Below are positions 10,055 to 19,804 of a DNA stretch of 64,000 bases, in pieces (positions within the stretch are counted from its first letter, which is position 1; each line of letters opens with the position of its first letter). The translations under genes were made by a program, and so were the position numbers. The notes beneath the pieces were generated by a model that was given only the letters and a program-made list of their open reading frames with translations, did no database searches and was not told where the DNA came from. This DNA comes from Minisyncoccota bacterium. GTDB lineage: Bacteria; Patescibacteriota; Minisyncoccia; Phycocordibacterales; DASSSU01. The stretch is taken from the NCBI GenBank assembly GCA_035708305.1, contig DASSSU010000030.1, positions 9,649 to 73,648 of the forward strand. The letters run 5' to 3'.

Positions 10055-10072
10055 GATATAATAGACAACAAC

Positions 10073-10996
10073 ATGTTCCTATCACTGAAACGAATTCTTA
10101 AAACGGGTTTTGTAAACTTCTGGAGAAACGGCGCAGTTTCGTTCTCTTCGATTCTCATCATGACGATCACGCTTTTTGTCATGGGTTCACTCTTTTTCAT
10201 TGGTGCGCTTCTGAATGCTTCGCTCCAACAGCTGGAAAGCAAGGTGGATGTGAACGTATACTTTGTTCCTTCAGCGACAGAAGACCAGGTACTCCAGGTG
10301 AAATCCGGACTTGAAAAACTTCCTGAAGTGGCTTCGGTCACGTATATATCTCGGGATCAGGCGATTGCAGACTTCAAAGAACGCCACAAAAACGACGAGC
10401 TTACGATGCAGTCTCTCCAGGAATTGGACACCAACCCTCTCGGTGCACGCTTGAATGTGATGGCAACCAATGTCAACCAATATGGCGCGATTGCGGATTA
10501 TTTGAATAAGCAAAACTCGTTGACTGCTGGTTCTAGCTCCATCATGGACAATGTAAACTACAACGAGAACAAAGAGGCAATTGACCGCCTGTCGGAAATT
10601 ATCAGTGGTGCTGAACGACTAGGCTTGGCTATCATCCTGGTACTTGCGATTATTTCTGTGATCATTACCTACAACACCATCCGTATGGCGATCTATATTT
10701 CCCGCGAAGAAATCGGTATTATGCGTTTGGTGGGCGCTGGGAAAACCTACGTACGCGGTCCGTTTGTGGTGGAAGGCGCACTCTACGGAATTGTTTCAGC
10801 GATTATTGCCGCGGCGATTTTCTACCCGGTTACGATGTGGCTTGGTGGCGCGACGCAAAACTTCTTCCTCGGTTTGAACATTTACGATTACTACATCACG
10901 AACTTTGGCGAAATCTTCCTCGTGCTTCTCGGGTCAGGTGTTTTGCTCGGGGCTATCTCCTCGTTCCTCGCCGTACGCCGCCATTTGAAGGTGTAA
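10073..10996 (+). CDS. ftsX: cell-division permease-like protein FtsX
   Basis: N-terminal LKRILKTGFVNFWRNGAVSFSSILIMTITLFVMG, large extracytoplasmic loop, C-terminal 3-TM FtsX domain. Follows ftsE. Confidence 0.8.
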   Translation: MFLSLKRILKTGFVNFWRNGAVSFSSILIMTITLFVMGSLFFIGALLNASLQQLESKVDVNVYFVPSATEDQVLQVKSGLEKLPEVASVTYISRDQAIADFKERHKNDELTMQSLQELDTNPLGARLNVMATNVNQYGAIADYLNKQNSLTAGSSSIMDNVNYNENKEAIDRLSEIISGAERLGLAIILVLAIISVIITYNTIRMAIYISREEIGIMRLVGAGKTYVRGPFVVEGALYGIVSAIIAAAIFYPVTMWLGGATQNFFLGLNIYDYYITNFGEIFLVLLGSGVLLGAISSFLAVRRHLKV

Positions 10997-11030
10997 AACT
11001 TCAAAAAGAAAATTGTAAATTCTTTTCAAG

Positions 11031-11075
11031 ACCTTTCAATTTTATGAAAGGCCTTTTGATTTTTTGAGGGGATAA
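11031..11075 (+). terminator. rho-independent terminator after ftsX
   Basis: CCTTTCA-atttta-TGAAAGG stem followed by CCTTTTGATTTTTTG. Confidence 0.55.
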
Positions 11076-11143
11076 ACAATTTTTCATTATTTTTTTTGCT
11101 ACTATTTGTTTAGAAATGAAAAATTATTATTTAAATTTGAAAC

Positions 11144-11986
11144 ATGGAAAAATTTGAAAGCGAACCATCGCAGAGAAACCAAGAGGGAGAAAAAAAGCCA
11201 GAAGTTTTTAAAAAACCGGAAGAAGTTTCTAAAAGTGAAGAGATGAAACAGTTTATTGAAGCAGCAAAGAATCTAGATGTTGTTTTTTCAGTCGGCAGAA
11301 ATTCTCCAAATACTCCGGACTATTATGTTCGTCTTCTTGATGATCAGGAACATTTGATAAAAGATTACCTAAACCCTTATAAAAATAAAAAACTTCCAAA
11401 GTATGAACTGGCGCCCGGACTTGCGGTCATTGGTGCGAGGATGGCAGGTTCTGGTTTTGGTTTTGAGAAGCCGGATACGGGTGATGCAGAACTTGATAAG
11501 GAAGTAAAAACCAAAGCAATGGAAGATTACCGGGCTTCCGAAGATCTTTTTAATAAAATGGTAACCAAAATGTACCCGGATGGATTGCCGGATCAAAGTG
11601 TTTTGCAGCACAAGCTGAACGCCCCTCTCTCGGAACTTGGTGAGTCGCCATTTTTATTATTCAAGAAAGATTTTCAATTCCTGAAAGAAATTGGTTCTGA
11701 TAATCGTGAAGAGTACCAATCCGTGATTGACGGTATGATTTCTCGTGCTGGAGGCATGATGCGGAATGCGGCTGAAGCTGTTTACCGGTTTGAGGATGAA
11801 TATTCGCCATCTCAAAGAAGAGGGCAGAATGAAGATATTATGGTGATGGCTGAAGCTCTTGCCGAATTTCAAAGGCTGAGAAAAGAATCCATCGCCGACG
11901 AATCGTATTTTGCGGACAAATCCCCTATCCAAATAAAAGAATTCGAAGAAAGAAGAAGAGAGCTTCAAAAGATGAATGTCAGATAA
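11144..11986 (+). CDS. hypothetical cytoplasmic protein, charged/helical
   Basis: ORF only. No recognisable motif. Confidence 0.4.
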   Translation: MEKFESEPSQRNQEGEKKPEVFKKPEEVSKSEEMKQFIEAAKNLDVVFSVGRNSPNTPDYYVRLLDDQEHLIKDYLNPYKNKKLPKYELAPGLAVIGARMAGSGFGFEKPDTGDAELDKEVKTKAMEDYRASEDLFNKMVTKMYPDGLPDQSVLQHKLNAPLSELGESPFLLFKKDFQFLKEIGSDNREEYQSVIDGMISRAGGMMRNAAEAVYRFEDEYSPSQRRGQNEDIMVMAEALAEFQRLRKESIADESYFADKSPIQIKEFEERRRELQKMNVR

Positions 11987-12071
11987 ACAAAAGATTCAAA
12001 ACCATCGTTCTTCCTTGTTCTTGATTCCTTGTTTCTGATTTGTTATCTTGTAAGGATAATTGTGAAGAATT

Positions 12072-13739
12072 ATGGCTGAGCAGAATAAAAAGAAAATTCG
12101 AAAGTATATTTTTGTGGTTGGCGGGGTTATGTCGGGAGTGGGAAAGGGAATTACCACTTCTTCCATTGGCGCCCTTCTCAAAGCCCGCGGTTTTTCCGTT
12201 ACCGCTATCAAAATCGACCCGTACATCAACATTGACGCGGGTACCATGAACCCCACCGAGCACGGTGAGGTTTTTGTTTTGGAGGATGGTGATGAGACGG
12301 ATCAGGATATGGGGAATTATGAACGGTTTTTGGACACGACGCTCTCGCGAACCAACTATATGACCACCGGGCGCGTGTACCAAACAGTGATCGAAAATGA
12401 ACGCAATCTCAAATACAAAGGGAAGTGTGTGCAGGTGGTGCCGCACATTCCGCTTGAGGTGATTCGCCGCATCGAAAAAGCTGCCGAGAAAGCAGATGCG
12501 GACATCACCGTGATCGAAGTGGGTGGAACGGCGGGCGAGTACGAAAACATTCTTTTCTTGGAAACCGCGCGAATGCTCGAGCTTCGCAGTCCGGATGATG
12601 TTTCTTTTGTTATGGTCTCCTACATTCCGACTCCAAAAATGGTGGGGGAAATGAAAACCAAGCCGACACAGCATGCGGTGCGTGCACTCAACTCTGCCGG
12701 TATTCAGCCAAACGTAATCATCGCACGAAGCGAGGGGCCGATGGACACGGTGCGAAAAGACAAGATTGCGACGTTTTGCAATATCAAAAAAGAAAATGTC
12801 ATTTCCGCGCCGGACGTGGAGAGTATTTACGAAGTGCCGCTGAACTTTGAGAAAGATCACCTCTCGGACATTTTGCTTGAATCTCTCAAGCTGAAGCCTC
12901 GGGATGGGGATTTGAAGGAGTGGAACAACCTGGTGAAGAAGGTAAAGAATGGCAAAAAGGAAGTTCATATCGCGATTGTCGGGAAATATTTCCAGACGGG
13001 AAACTTTGTACTCTCGGACTCGTATGTGTCGGTGATTGAGTCTATCAAGTTCTCCGCGTGGCAAGAGGGAGTGAAGCCGGTGATCCATTGGCTTTCCTCG
13101 GAGGATTTTGAAGGAAAAAACACGGCGGCAAACATCCGCACACTCTCCAAGTACCACGGCATCATCGTTCCCGGCGGTTTTGGGAGCCGCGGGATCGTAG
13201 GAAAACTTGCAGTGATCGAACACGCACGGAAAAAGAAAATTCCGTACCTGGGGCTCTGCTATGGCATGCAGCTTCAGGTTTTGGAGTTCGCGCGAAATGT
13301 GGCAGGGATGAAAAATGCAAGTTCGCGCGAAATCGACCCGGACGCCGCGGATCTCGTGATAGACATCATGCCGGACCAGAAAAAGAAAATGGAAGAAGAA
13401 GACTACGGCGGAACTATGCGTCTCGGCGCATATCCGGCACTTTTGAAAAAAGGAACGATCGCGTACGAAGTCTACGGGAAGAAAAAAGAGATTTCCGAAC
13501 GGCATCGGCATCGGTATGAAGTGAATCCGGAATACGTGAAGCGGCTTGAAGATGCGGGACTGATTTTTTCCGGGACTTCTCCGGATGGTGAGCTGATGGA
13601 AATTGCCGAACTTCCACGGGGTGTACACCCGTTTTTCGTCGGTTCTCAGTTTCATCCGGAATTCAAAGGCCGCCCATTTGCCCCGCATCCGCTCTTCACA
13701 TCCTTCATCAAAGCGGGGTTGAAGCCGAAGAAGAAGTAA
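12072..13739 (+). CDS. pyrG: CTP synthase
   Basis: IFVVGGVMSGVGKGITTSS N-terminus, DPYINIDAGTMNP, glutamine amidotransferase domain GLCYGMQ, FVGSQFHPEFK. Confidence 0.95.
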   Translation: MAEQNKKKIRKYIFVVGGVMSGVGKGITTSSIGALLKARGFSVTAIKIDPYINIDAGTMNPTEHGEVFVLEDGDETDQDMGNYERFLDTTLSRTNYMTTGRVYQTVIENERNLKYKGKCVQVVPHIPLEVIRRIEKAAEKADADITVIEVGGTAGEYENILFLETARMLELRSPDDVSFVMVSYIPTPKMVGEMKTKPTQHAVRALNSAGIQPNVIIARSEGPMDTVRKDKIATFCNIKKENVISAPDVESIYEVPLNFEKDHLSDILLESLKLKPRDGDLKEWNNLVKKVKNGKKEVHIAIVGKYFQTGNFVLSDSYVSVIESIKFSAWQEGVKPVIHWLSSEDFEGKNTAANIRTLSKYHGIIVPGGFGSRGIVGKLAVIEHARKKKIPYLGLCYGMQLQVLEFARNVAGMKNASSREIDPDAADLVIDIMPDQKKKMEEEDYGGTMRLGAYPALLKKGTIAYEVYGKKKEISERHRHRYEVNPEYVKRLEDAGLIFSGTSPDGELMEIAELPRGVHPFFVGSQFHPEFKGRPFAPHPLFTSFIKAGLKPKKK

Positions 13740-13805
13740 ATTGTTTTTGTGAAAGGGGAAAATACCGACTTCATTGAAAGGGCATTTAGGAAAAACAAAA
13801 ATAAA

Positions 13806-13845
13806 AATACCCGCCAAGGAGTGGCGGGTATTTTGTTGTTTGGAT
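13806..13845. terminator. bidirectional terminator hairpin between convergent pyrG and slt
   Basis: ATACCCGCCA-aggagt-GGCGGGTAT followed by TTTTGTTGTTT. An A-rich run on the other side. Confidence 0.6.
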
Positions 13846-13854
13846 TCAGATGTT

Positions 13855-14574
13855 TTAGAGATTGTTCAGCACGAAAGAAACTTTTTTGGCATATCCATGG
13901 TTGGAGATCGCGCTCTGGCTCATGTTCTTTGCGCTGTTTGGTCCCATGTTGTAGGCAACGGCGATGGCTTGCGGGGAAGTGAACCCGTAGCGATTCTTCA
14001 GTTGGGCAAGATACGCGGTCCCGATTTCGATGTTGTCGGTCGGGTTCCACAGGTCTCCGGAAATTCCGGTATCAACTTTGGCAACCGGCATTACCTGCAT
14101 GAGTCCCTGTGCTCCGACATTTGAAAGAGCATTCGGGTCTCCGCCGCTTTCCACCACGATGATGGCGGTGACGAACTTTGGATCCAAACCGTTTTTCTGT
14201 GCCTCTTCCTGGATAAGGTCTCCGTACTTGCTCTGCACAAGATCAATTTCCTGAAGAGCAGAATGTTTCCAGCCTGAGCTGACCGAAGCGGAAACGCCGG
14301 TTGCTGGATTTTTCTGTATCTCCGGCAAGAGCTTTCTTGGCTCCAAAGAGGCAAGAGTTATCGGTTGTGGGTCACTTGTGTTCGCATTCGCTTCTGCCGC
14401 GATCGGCGCGAGCGGGTTGGTCTCCTTGGAAAAACCTCGGAGTTGCCCCAGAGGGGCCTGAACGTTTGATTGAGCTGCTTCTGCCTTTCCGGAATTTGGC
14501 GCATAAGGAACCAAAAACAAAGGCGCTGCTGCAATAATAGAAAGGATTCCGACTATAATAGCAATATTTTTCAT
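13855..14574 (-). CDS. secreted lytic transglycosylase (SLT domain)
   Basis: Signal peptide MKNIAIIVGILSIIAAAPLF. SLT catalytic region ESGGDPNALSNVGAQGLMQVMP and AYNMGPN. Confidence 0.8.
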   Translation of the reverse strand: MKNIAIIVGILSIIAAAPLFLVPYAPNSGKAEAAQSNVQAPLGQLRGFSKETNPLAPIAAEANANTSDPQPITLASLEPRKLLPEIQKNPATGVSASVSSGWKHSALQEIDLVQSKYGDLIQEEAQKNGLDPKFVTAIIVVESGGDPNALSNVGAQGLMQVMPVAKVDTGISGDLWNPTDNIEIGTAYLAQLKNRYGFTSPQAIAVAYNMGPNSAKNMSQSAISNHGYAKKVSFVLNNL

Positions 14575-14627
14575 AGTATGTTCTCCCGTGGTGTGTCGTG
14601 CGTGTTTGTCAGTATTTTCGGGAATAT

Positions 14628-14668
14628 TTGACCATGATTGAGAACAAAAGGGAAAGTAACATGGTCAA
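14628..14668. promoter_or_regulatory. perfect 9-bp inverted repeat TTGACCATG-n23-CATGGTCAA (candidate operator) in the ATP-grasp/slt intergenic region
   Basis: Seen directly in the sequence. Flanked by a second imperfect palindrome (TTTTCGGGAA / TTCCCAGAAAA). Confidence 0.3.
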
Positions 14669-14700
14669 TAAAATTTGTCAATACTTTCCCAGAAAACATT

Positions 14701-16026
14701 TTATTCTGTCTCAATCTTAATCATCTGCTCCAGCCGACGGATATCAGCCAGTAACTTCGACCGGTCCTCGTTAAAAAGGAACATATTGAAGATGCTGGTG
14801 CCGCCGTTTTTGGCAAAAACTGCCTTGTCACCGATCTTTTTGTTGATCGTAATCGAGTGGAATGACTTCAGCTGCTGAGCCTTTTTGATACCAGTGAGCG
14901 TCGTGATTTTTCCTTCCTTCTTGGCGAAGAATTTAAATGCCACCGTGTAGCCTTTGATCTTCTGCGGCACAGAAACCGTTTTTGGAATGCGGGTAAAAAT
15001 GTCGTTTTCGGTATGGTCAATGCCATAGGAGAGGCGGTACATCACATCGCGGAAGCCGCCGATGCGCGGACCGACCTCAACAATCTTCCAGCCTTCCTCG
15101 GTGCGCATGAGTTCGACGTGTGCTGTGGTGCTTCGAAGTCCAAGGGCGTGCACCGCTTTCCGCACGGCTTCTTCCGCTTCGGCAATGCTTTCTTTTTTCA
15201 CGTTGGCGGGCGTCATTTGCTGATACCCGAAGAAATCATCAAAGCCGATAGCACGGCCGGTTTTCACTGCCACAAGCGGGCAGCATGTAACCTTTCCGCG
15301 CGAATCTACGTAGGCGTCGATCGAGTAGAGCTCGCCTTCCATTTGCTGTTCCACTAAAATCTGCGGTTCGGTGGTTTGTCCGCGGCCCTTGTAAATGCGG
15401 TTGATGGTCTTGAAAGCGCCCTTGAGTGTTTTCTCGAGTTCTTCTTTGTGGTAGCCGATCGAGACCAGCAAGCTTTGTGCCAGTCCGGAAGGCTTCACCA
15501 CGAGTGGATACCCGACTTTTTCTTCCACGGTGGTGAGCGTTTTTTTCTTCGCATCAGAAACGACGTGAAAAGCGGGTGCGATGGTTTTGTCGAATTCAAG
15601 AAACCGCTTGCGCATTTCGATTTTGTTGGTGGACCAGGAGAGGGATTCGGATGTCGGCGTGCGCAGGTAGGGAACAAACGGCACGAGTTTGCGGAACCAC
15701 TCAATGCGTGACTCCATACGGCAGGTCACCGCAAGCAGCTCGTCTCGGTATGGCCGCAAGTTGTCCACGATCGACTTCGGATCGTCAAAGTCACAGATGA
15801 TGGCAATGTCAAACTTTGAGAACGCTTCCTCCTCTTCTTTGTTTGCCGCTTTCGCGTTGTGGATCACAGCAATGCGGTATTTGTTGTCATTCTTCTTTTT
15901 GAATTCCACAAATTTTTCCGCCACTGCAACTCCGGGAAGCGCGACCACGAGAATGATGTTTTGGTTTTTCTCGGGTGCTTCACTCTTTTCTTTTTTGGGA
16001 TCTTTTTTAATTTCTGGTAAATCCAT
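14701..16026 (-). CDS. ATP-grasp family ligase, unknown substrate
   Basis: ATP-grasp core KVGYPLVVKPSGLAQS, EGELYSIDAYV, HVELMRTEEGWKIVEVGPRIGG. Co-directional with the SLT gene and immediately upstream of it. Confidence 0.7.
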   Translation of the reverse strand: MDLPEIKKDPKKEKSEAPEKNQNIILVVALPGVAVAEKFVEFKKKNDNKYRIAVIHNAKAANKEEEEAFSKFDIAIICDFDDPKSIVDNLRPYRDELLAVTCRMESRIEWFRKLVPFVPYLRTPTSESLSWSTNKIEMRKRFLEFDKTIAPAFHVVSDAKKKTLTTVEEKVGYPLVVKPSGLAQSLLVSIGYHKEELEKTLKGAFKTINRIYKGRGQTTEPQILVEQQMEGELYSIDAYVDSRGKVTCCPLVAVKTGRAIGFDDFFGYQQMTPANVKKESIAEAEEAVRKAVHALGLRSTTAHVELMRTEEGWKIVEVGPRIGGFRDVMYRLSYGIDHTENDIFTRIPKTVSVPQKIKGYTVAFKFFAKKEGKITTLTGIKKAQQLKSFHSITINKKIGDKAVFAKNGGTSIFNMFLFNEDRSKLLADIRRLEQMIKIETE

Positions 16027-16171
16027 AAGCTAAAAACGCCCAGCCGCGTCTTTTCCAAGTCGCAGCCGGACGGTTAATATCAGTCTTTTCGGGCTTTTTT
16101 GGCCAATTTCGAAACCATGGTGGACAAAAGCCGTTGTGAGGTCAAAATTTTCATTTCGATTGCAGGACTCC

Positions 16172-16230
16172 GAAAAATCCTTCAACCCGTCAATTAAAAC
16201 GCAATCGGGCTTCCAAGTCAAGGATTTTTC
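16172..16230. other. 11-bp perfect inverted repeat GAAAAATCCTT-n37-AAGGATTTTTC within a 440-bp non-coding region
   Basis: Seen in the sequence. Followed by a T-rich run. Could be a structured RNA or regulatory element. Confidence 0.25.
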
Positions 16231-16469
16231 ATATTTTTTATTAACATCTTATACACAAAAAAACTTGACCCAAAAGCGCTTTTCCGATCGCTAGAAATAT
16301 CAAGCTCTTTTTGCTATACTTTCGGAAGCCGCTCAAAATTCATAAAATTTCCATGCGCGGAAAAAGATGGAAAACCTGTGAAGAAAATTTCCGGTTTTCT
16401 TTTTTGAAATTTTGCGGTAAGCTCAGGAAGTTCATCGATAAGAAGTCGTCGAGAACAAAGAAAAAATTT

Positions 16470-16540
16470 TGCCGGATCATCTAATGGTAGGATGCAAGCT
16501 TCTGGCGCTTGTCATCTAGGTTCGAGTCCTAGTCCGGCAG
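16470..16540 (+). tRNA. tRNA-Gln (anticodon CUG)
   Basis: Manual fold: acceptor TGCCGGA/TCCGGCA (U1:A72), D-arm ATCT/GGAT with loop AATGGTA, anticodon stem CAAGC/GCTTG with loop TTCTGGC (CTG), T-arm CTAGG-TTCGAGT-CCTAG, discriminator G. CCA is not encoded. Confidence 0.8.
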
Positions 16541-16625
16541 CAAAAAACAAACGAGGGGAGTAAGGAAAAAATCCGTGTGGACTCGGAATATTACATTGAA
16601 ACGGCAGATGCGTTACAATGAATTT

Positions 16626-19025
16626 ATGCAGCGAAAATACATTCGCTTCTTTCTTGCGTGTTGCGCGATACTGTGCGCCTTTTCTGTAGCGCCGCAAGTT
16701 CGTGCAGATGATGTTCCGCTTGCTGCGCGGCTGCTTTCTATTCCGTACAATGATTCGACACAGGGCGGCCTGCGGGTGACAGTCCCCGGCTTTAGCGGCT
16801 TGCGTGGGATCAGCAATGATGGTACGACAGTCTACCTCCTTGATGGATCGGGGAATGTCACCACCCTGCCAATGAGTGCGCTCGTCGGCGATCCTGGCTC
16901 AAGTATCAGCGCTCCAGGGACGTCGCACATCGTCGGGTGGGGAGTTGATAGTGCGCCGACATTTGGCAGTCCAGACGGGCGAAGTCTCGCGTACAGTCAC
17001 GGCTGCTTGTTTTTGAGTACTTCCGGAGATACAACACATCTTGATTGTATAGATGTCTCCGACTGGTCGGTGACACAGATCGACGTACCCGCTGACTACC
17101 CATTGCCTGTAGGACATGGATGGGCAAGCGAAACGCTTATTGATTTTGCCGATGGTCGCGTTGGTAAAGTTTCTGCATATGAGGCGACCACAAGCCCATT
17201 GAATGGCTACGATTCGTACATTCGCATGTACACCGTGAGCGGTACAGGCAAAGATGTGACGATTGCGTTCTCACACGATTACTATACCTTCGACAGTGTG
17301 GACTGGAATCTCGATGATCACGGCATCGCGACTGACGGCACGTATCTGTACCGCATCGAATACAGCGGCGCCAATGCTCCCGGCGGCGACTTCAAGTCGT
17401 GGCCACTGCAAGACACTGGTGCGCCGAGTCAGTCGTATGTCGGTTTGTATACAGAGCCCTTCAGCAACATGACCTACCTCTCGCACGATCACACTGGCGA
17501 CCGATACATGGTGGGCAATTATTCTGGCAATCAGTTTTATATTACCTCTGCGTCCGATCCGGGTCCGGGTCCGGGGAATCCACTTACGCCCGCGTTCAGC
17601 ACTACCACTTCGACCTCGGATGGCTACACCGTGCAGGTGACGAATTACGACAGCAGTTTCACTTGGAGCGCGAGTACGAGTGCTGGTAATGTTTCCATTA
17701 ATGACACCGGACTTGTCACGGTTGCCGGTCTCTCCGTTGGTGAGACAGCGACTACTACGGTAACTACATCAAAGAGCAATGTCCCGGATGGTTCCGCGAG
17801 CATTGCTGCTTCTTCGATTCCTGACACCACGCCGCCAAATATTTCTGGCTTGGCTGCTTCGTCTACGGCGGATGGTGCCAATGTTGTGTGGACAACAGAC
17901 GAAGCCGGCTCTACGAAAGTCGTATATTCTGTGAATACGCAATATGCATCTTCAACAGGCGAAACAGACACCAGTCCTCGCTCTACAAGTCATAGCGATT
18001 CTTTGAGTGGTCTTCTTGCTTGCACGACATACCATTACAAGGTTGTATCCGCCGACGCTGCGGGCAATGTTGCCACTTCGTCGGCACGTACGTTTACGAC
18101 TGCCGGATGTTCGGGCGGCGCGATTCCGTCTTCCACCAATTCCAGCGATGTGACGGTAAGTACCGCCGCTACAAGCACTGCGTCCGATGATGGCTACACA
18201 CTTGCGGTCGCCACGCCAGCGAATTTTACAGCGACGTCTTCTGCTGTTACCATTCAGATAAAAGGTTTGTCCTCGGATACTGTGCTTGGCTCCGTCGGCA
18301 AACCCTCCAACTTGCTTTCGAGCGCCGCAAATGTCGTGTTTGATGTCACGGCGCTCATCAACAACACGACTGTGCTTGATTCCTTCAATGCGCCGGTGAC
18401 GATTTCCTACACCTACACTGATGCTGACGTATCCAGTCTTGATGAAAGTACGCTCAAAATGTATCACTATCACGATGGTGTGTGGCTGCCGCTCGATGAT
18501 TGTTCCGTTGATACAGCTGCAAACATCGTCACGTGCAAGGCGCCGTCATTCTCTATATTTGCTATTTTTGGCACACAAAATGCAACGAATGTAAAAAACA
18601 TTACTGCACAAGATCGATATCCGGGTGGTTTCACTGTTCAAAAGCAGGTGGCAAATTTGTTCGTTATGGGCAAAGTCGCGCAGGCCGATGCACTCAAGCA
18701 GCAGTGGCATTGGCTCTTTCCGCAGAACGTTCCCGCCTCGATTTCAAGTTTGAGCATGGTCTCGCCCCTTGTCCGGGATCTCTCAATCGGGATGTCGGGT
18801 GAAGATGTCTTGGCTCTGCAAAAACTTTTGAATGCAAATGGCTTTGCTCTTGCCACAAGCGGTCCCGGTTCACCGGGGAGTGAAACAACCTACTTTGGTA
18901 CGCTAACCCGCGCTGCTCTTGCCGCTTACCAGGCTGTGCACAACGTTTTTCCTGCTCTAGGCTACTTCGGCCCGATTACCCGCGCGCAAATGAAAGCTAC
19001 CGGCCGTGCGGGAGTTTGGTGGTAG
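16626..19025 (+). CDS. large secreted cell-surface protein with fibronectin type III domain(s) and C-terminal peptidoglycan-binding domain
   Basis: Signal peptide MQRKYIRFFLACCAILCAFSVAPQVRA (the track ORF starts at 16575). FN3-like block GANVVWTTDEAGSTKVVYS...CTTYHYKVVSADAAGN. C-terminal PG_binding_1-like MSGEDVLALQKLLNANGF...YFGTLTRAALAAYQ. Confidence 0.7.
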   Translation: MQRKYIRFFLACCAILCAFSVAPQVRADDVPLAARLLSIPYNDSTQGGLRVTVPGFSGLRGISNDGTTVYLLDGSGNVTTLPMSALVGDPGSSISAPGTSHIVGWGVDSAPTFGSPDGRSLAYSHGCLFLSTSGDTTHLDCIDVSDWSVTQIDVPADYPLPVGHGWASETLIDFADGRVGKVSAYEATTSPLNGYDSYIRMYTVSGTGKDVTIAFSHDYYTFDSVDWNLDDHGIATDGTYLYRIEYSGANAPGGDFKSWPLQDTGAPSQSYVGLYTEPFSNMTYLSHDHTGDRYMVGNYSGNQFYITSASDPGPGPGNPLTPAFSTTTSTSDGYTVQVTNYDSSFTWSASTSAGNVSINDTGLVTVAGLSVGETATTTVTTSKSNVPDGSASIAASSIPDTTPPNISGLAASSTADGANVVWTTDEAGSTKVVYSVNTQYASSTGETDTSPRSTSHSDSLSGLLACTTYHYKVVSADAAGNVATSSARTFTTAGCSGGAIPSSTNSSDVTVSTAATSTASDDGYTLAVATPANFTATSSAVTIQIKGLSSDTVLGSVGKPSNLLSSAANVVFDVTALINNTTVLDSFNAPVTISYTYTDADVSSLDESTLKMYHYHDGVWLPLDDCSVDTAANIVTCKAPSFSIFAIFGTQNATNVKNITAQDRYPGGFTVQKQVANLFVMGKVAQADALKQQWHWLFPQNVPASISSLSMVSPLVRDLSIGMSGEDVLALQKLLNANGFALATSGPGSPGSETTYFGTLTRAALAAYQAVHNVFPALGYFGPITRAQMKATGRAGVWW

Positions 19026-19081
19026 CGCCCACAAAAATCAGTATTCTGCTATACTAAAGCTGAAGTAGGATTTAAACAAAC

Positions 19082-19240
19082 ATGAAACCCATTCCGCAAT
19101 CAAAAGATTTTCCCGCATGTTTTTATCGGGTAACCATTAAGGGACTGGTGATGAAAAACGGAAAAATTCTTCTTTTGAAAGATTCACCCAAGCTCAGTGG
19201 AAAATGGGAACTTCCCGGCGGCGGCCTAAAAAATTTTTGA
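19082..19240 (+). pseudogene. NUDIX hydrolase N-terminal fragment (52 codons), truncated before the Nudix box
   Basis: MKPIPQSKDFPACFYRVTIKGLVMKNGKILLLKDSPKLSGKWELPGGGLKNF* ends at TGA immediately after the GKWELPGGG motif, where the REx2EE Nudix box should begin. Confidence 0.5.
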
Positions 19241-19313
19241 TCCGAAAGATTTTGAAATTCCTTTGACAAACGCTGCGCGGTTGAAATAAATTCAACCTAA
19301 AGAAAATCAGAAC

Positions 19314-19769
19314 ATGATTTTAAACAAACACCTGATTCTTGAAGCGGTTCGAAAAAACGATATTTCGATCGATCCGTTTTTCGAAGAAAACTTCAAAGAT
19401 GCGAGCTACACATTTACGCTTGATAGAAAAATAAAAACATTGGCGGAAACTGCGACGCTCAAACTTGACGCCGTTTCGTATCAAGAACACACCATTTCAG
19501 AAGATGGTTTTGTATTGTTGCCGCAGCAGTTTGTCGTCGGATACACGAGAGAAAAACTTTCTCTCCATGGAAAATATGCCTGTATGCTTTCCGCACGGGG
19601 CTCGGTGGCACAGAAAGGACTTGCGGTGCTTTTGACTGATACGTTTTGTGAACCGGATACGGACGGACAGATCGCGATTGCGATTCACAATGTTTCGAAC
19701 CTGCCGGTTGAATTAAAAGCGGGACTGAAGATCGTAAAAGGAATTTTTCTTCCGGTAGGCCGGGAGTAA
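19314..19769 (+). CDS. dCTP deaminase / dUTPase-superfamily protein (short)
   Basis: Weak resemblance to the dCTP deaminase N-terminus (MILNKHLILEAV...IDPF) and beta-rich core. 151 aa, lacking a C-terminal tail. Confidence 0.5.
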   Translation: MILNKHLILEAVRKNDISIDPFFEENFKDASYTFTLDRKIKTLAETATLKLDAVSYQEHTISEDGFVLLPQQFVVGYTREKLSLHGKYACMLSARGSVAQKGLAVLLTDTFCEPDTDGQIAIAIHNVSNLPVELKAGLKIVKGIFLPVGRE

Positions 19770-19804
19770 CTCAATCCCGAGTGCTGAAGTAAAATTAAAA
19801 AAAT

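Noticed and set aside
11979-13817. 612-aa ORF on the minus strand
   Set aside because: It overlaps pyrG entirely on the opposite strand. The pyrG assignment is unambiguous (CTP synthase motifs throughout), and the antisense ORF has a low-complexity, Arg/His-rich composition typical of shadow ORFs.
16541-16542. Encoded CCA end on tRNA-Gln
   Set aside because: The sequence after the discriminator G is CAAAA, so CCA is not genomically encoded and must be added post-transcriptionally. This is not an error in the tRNA call.
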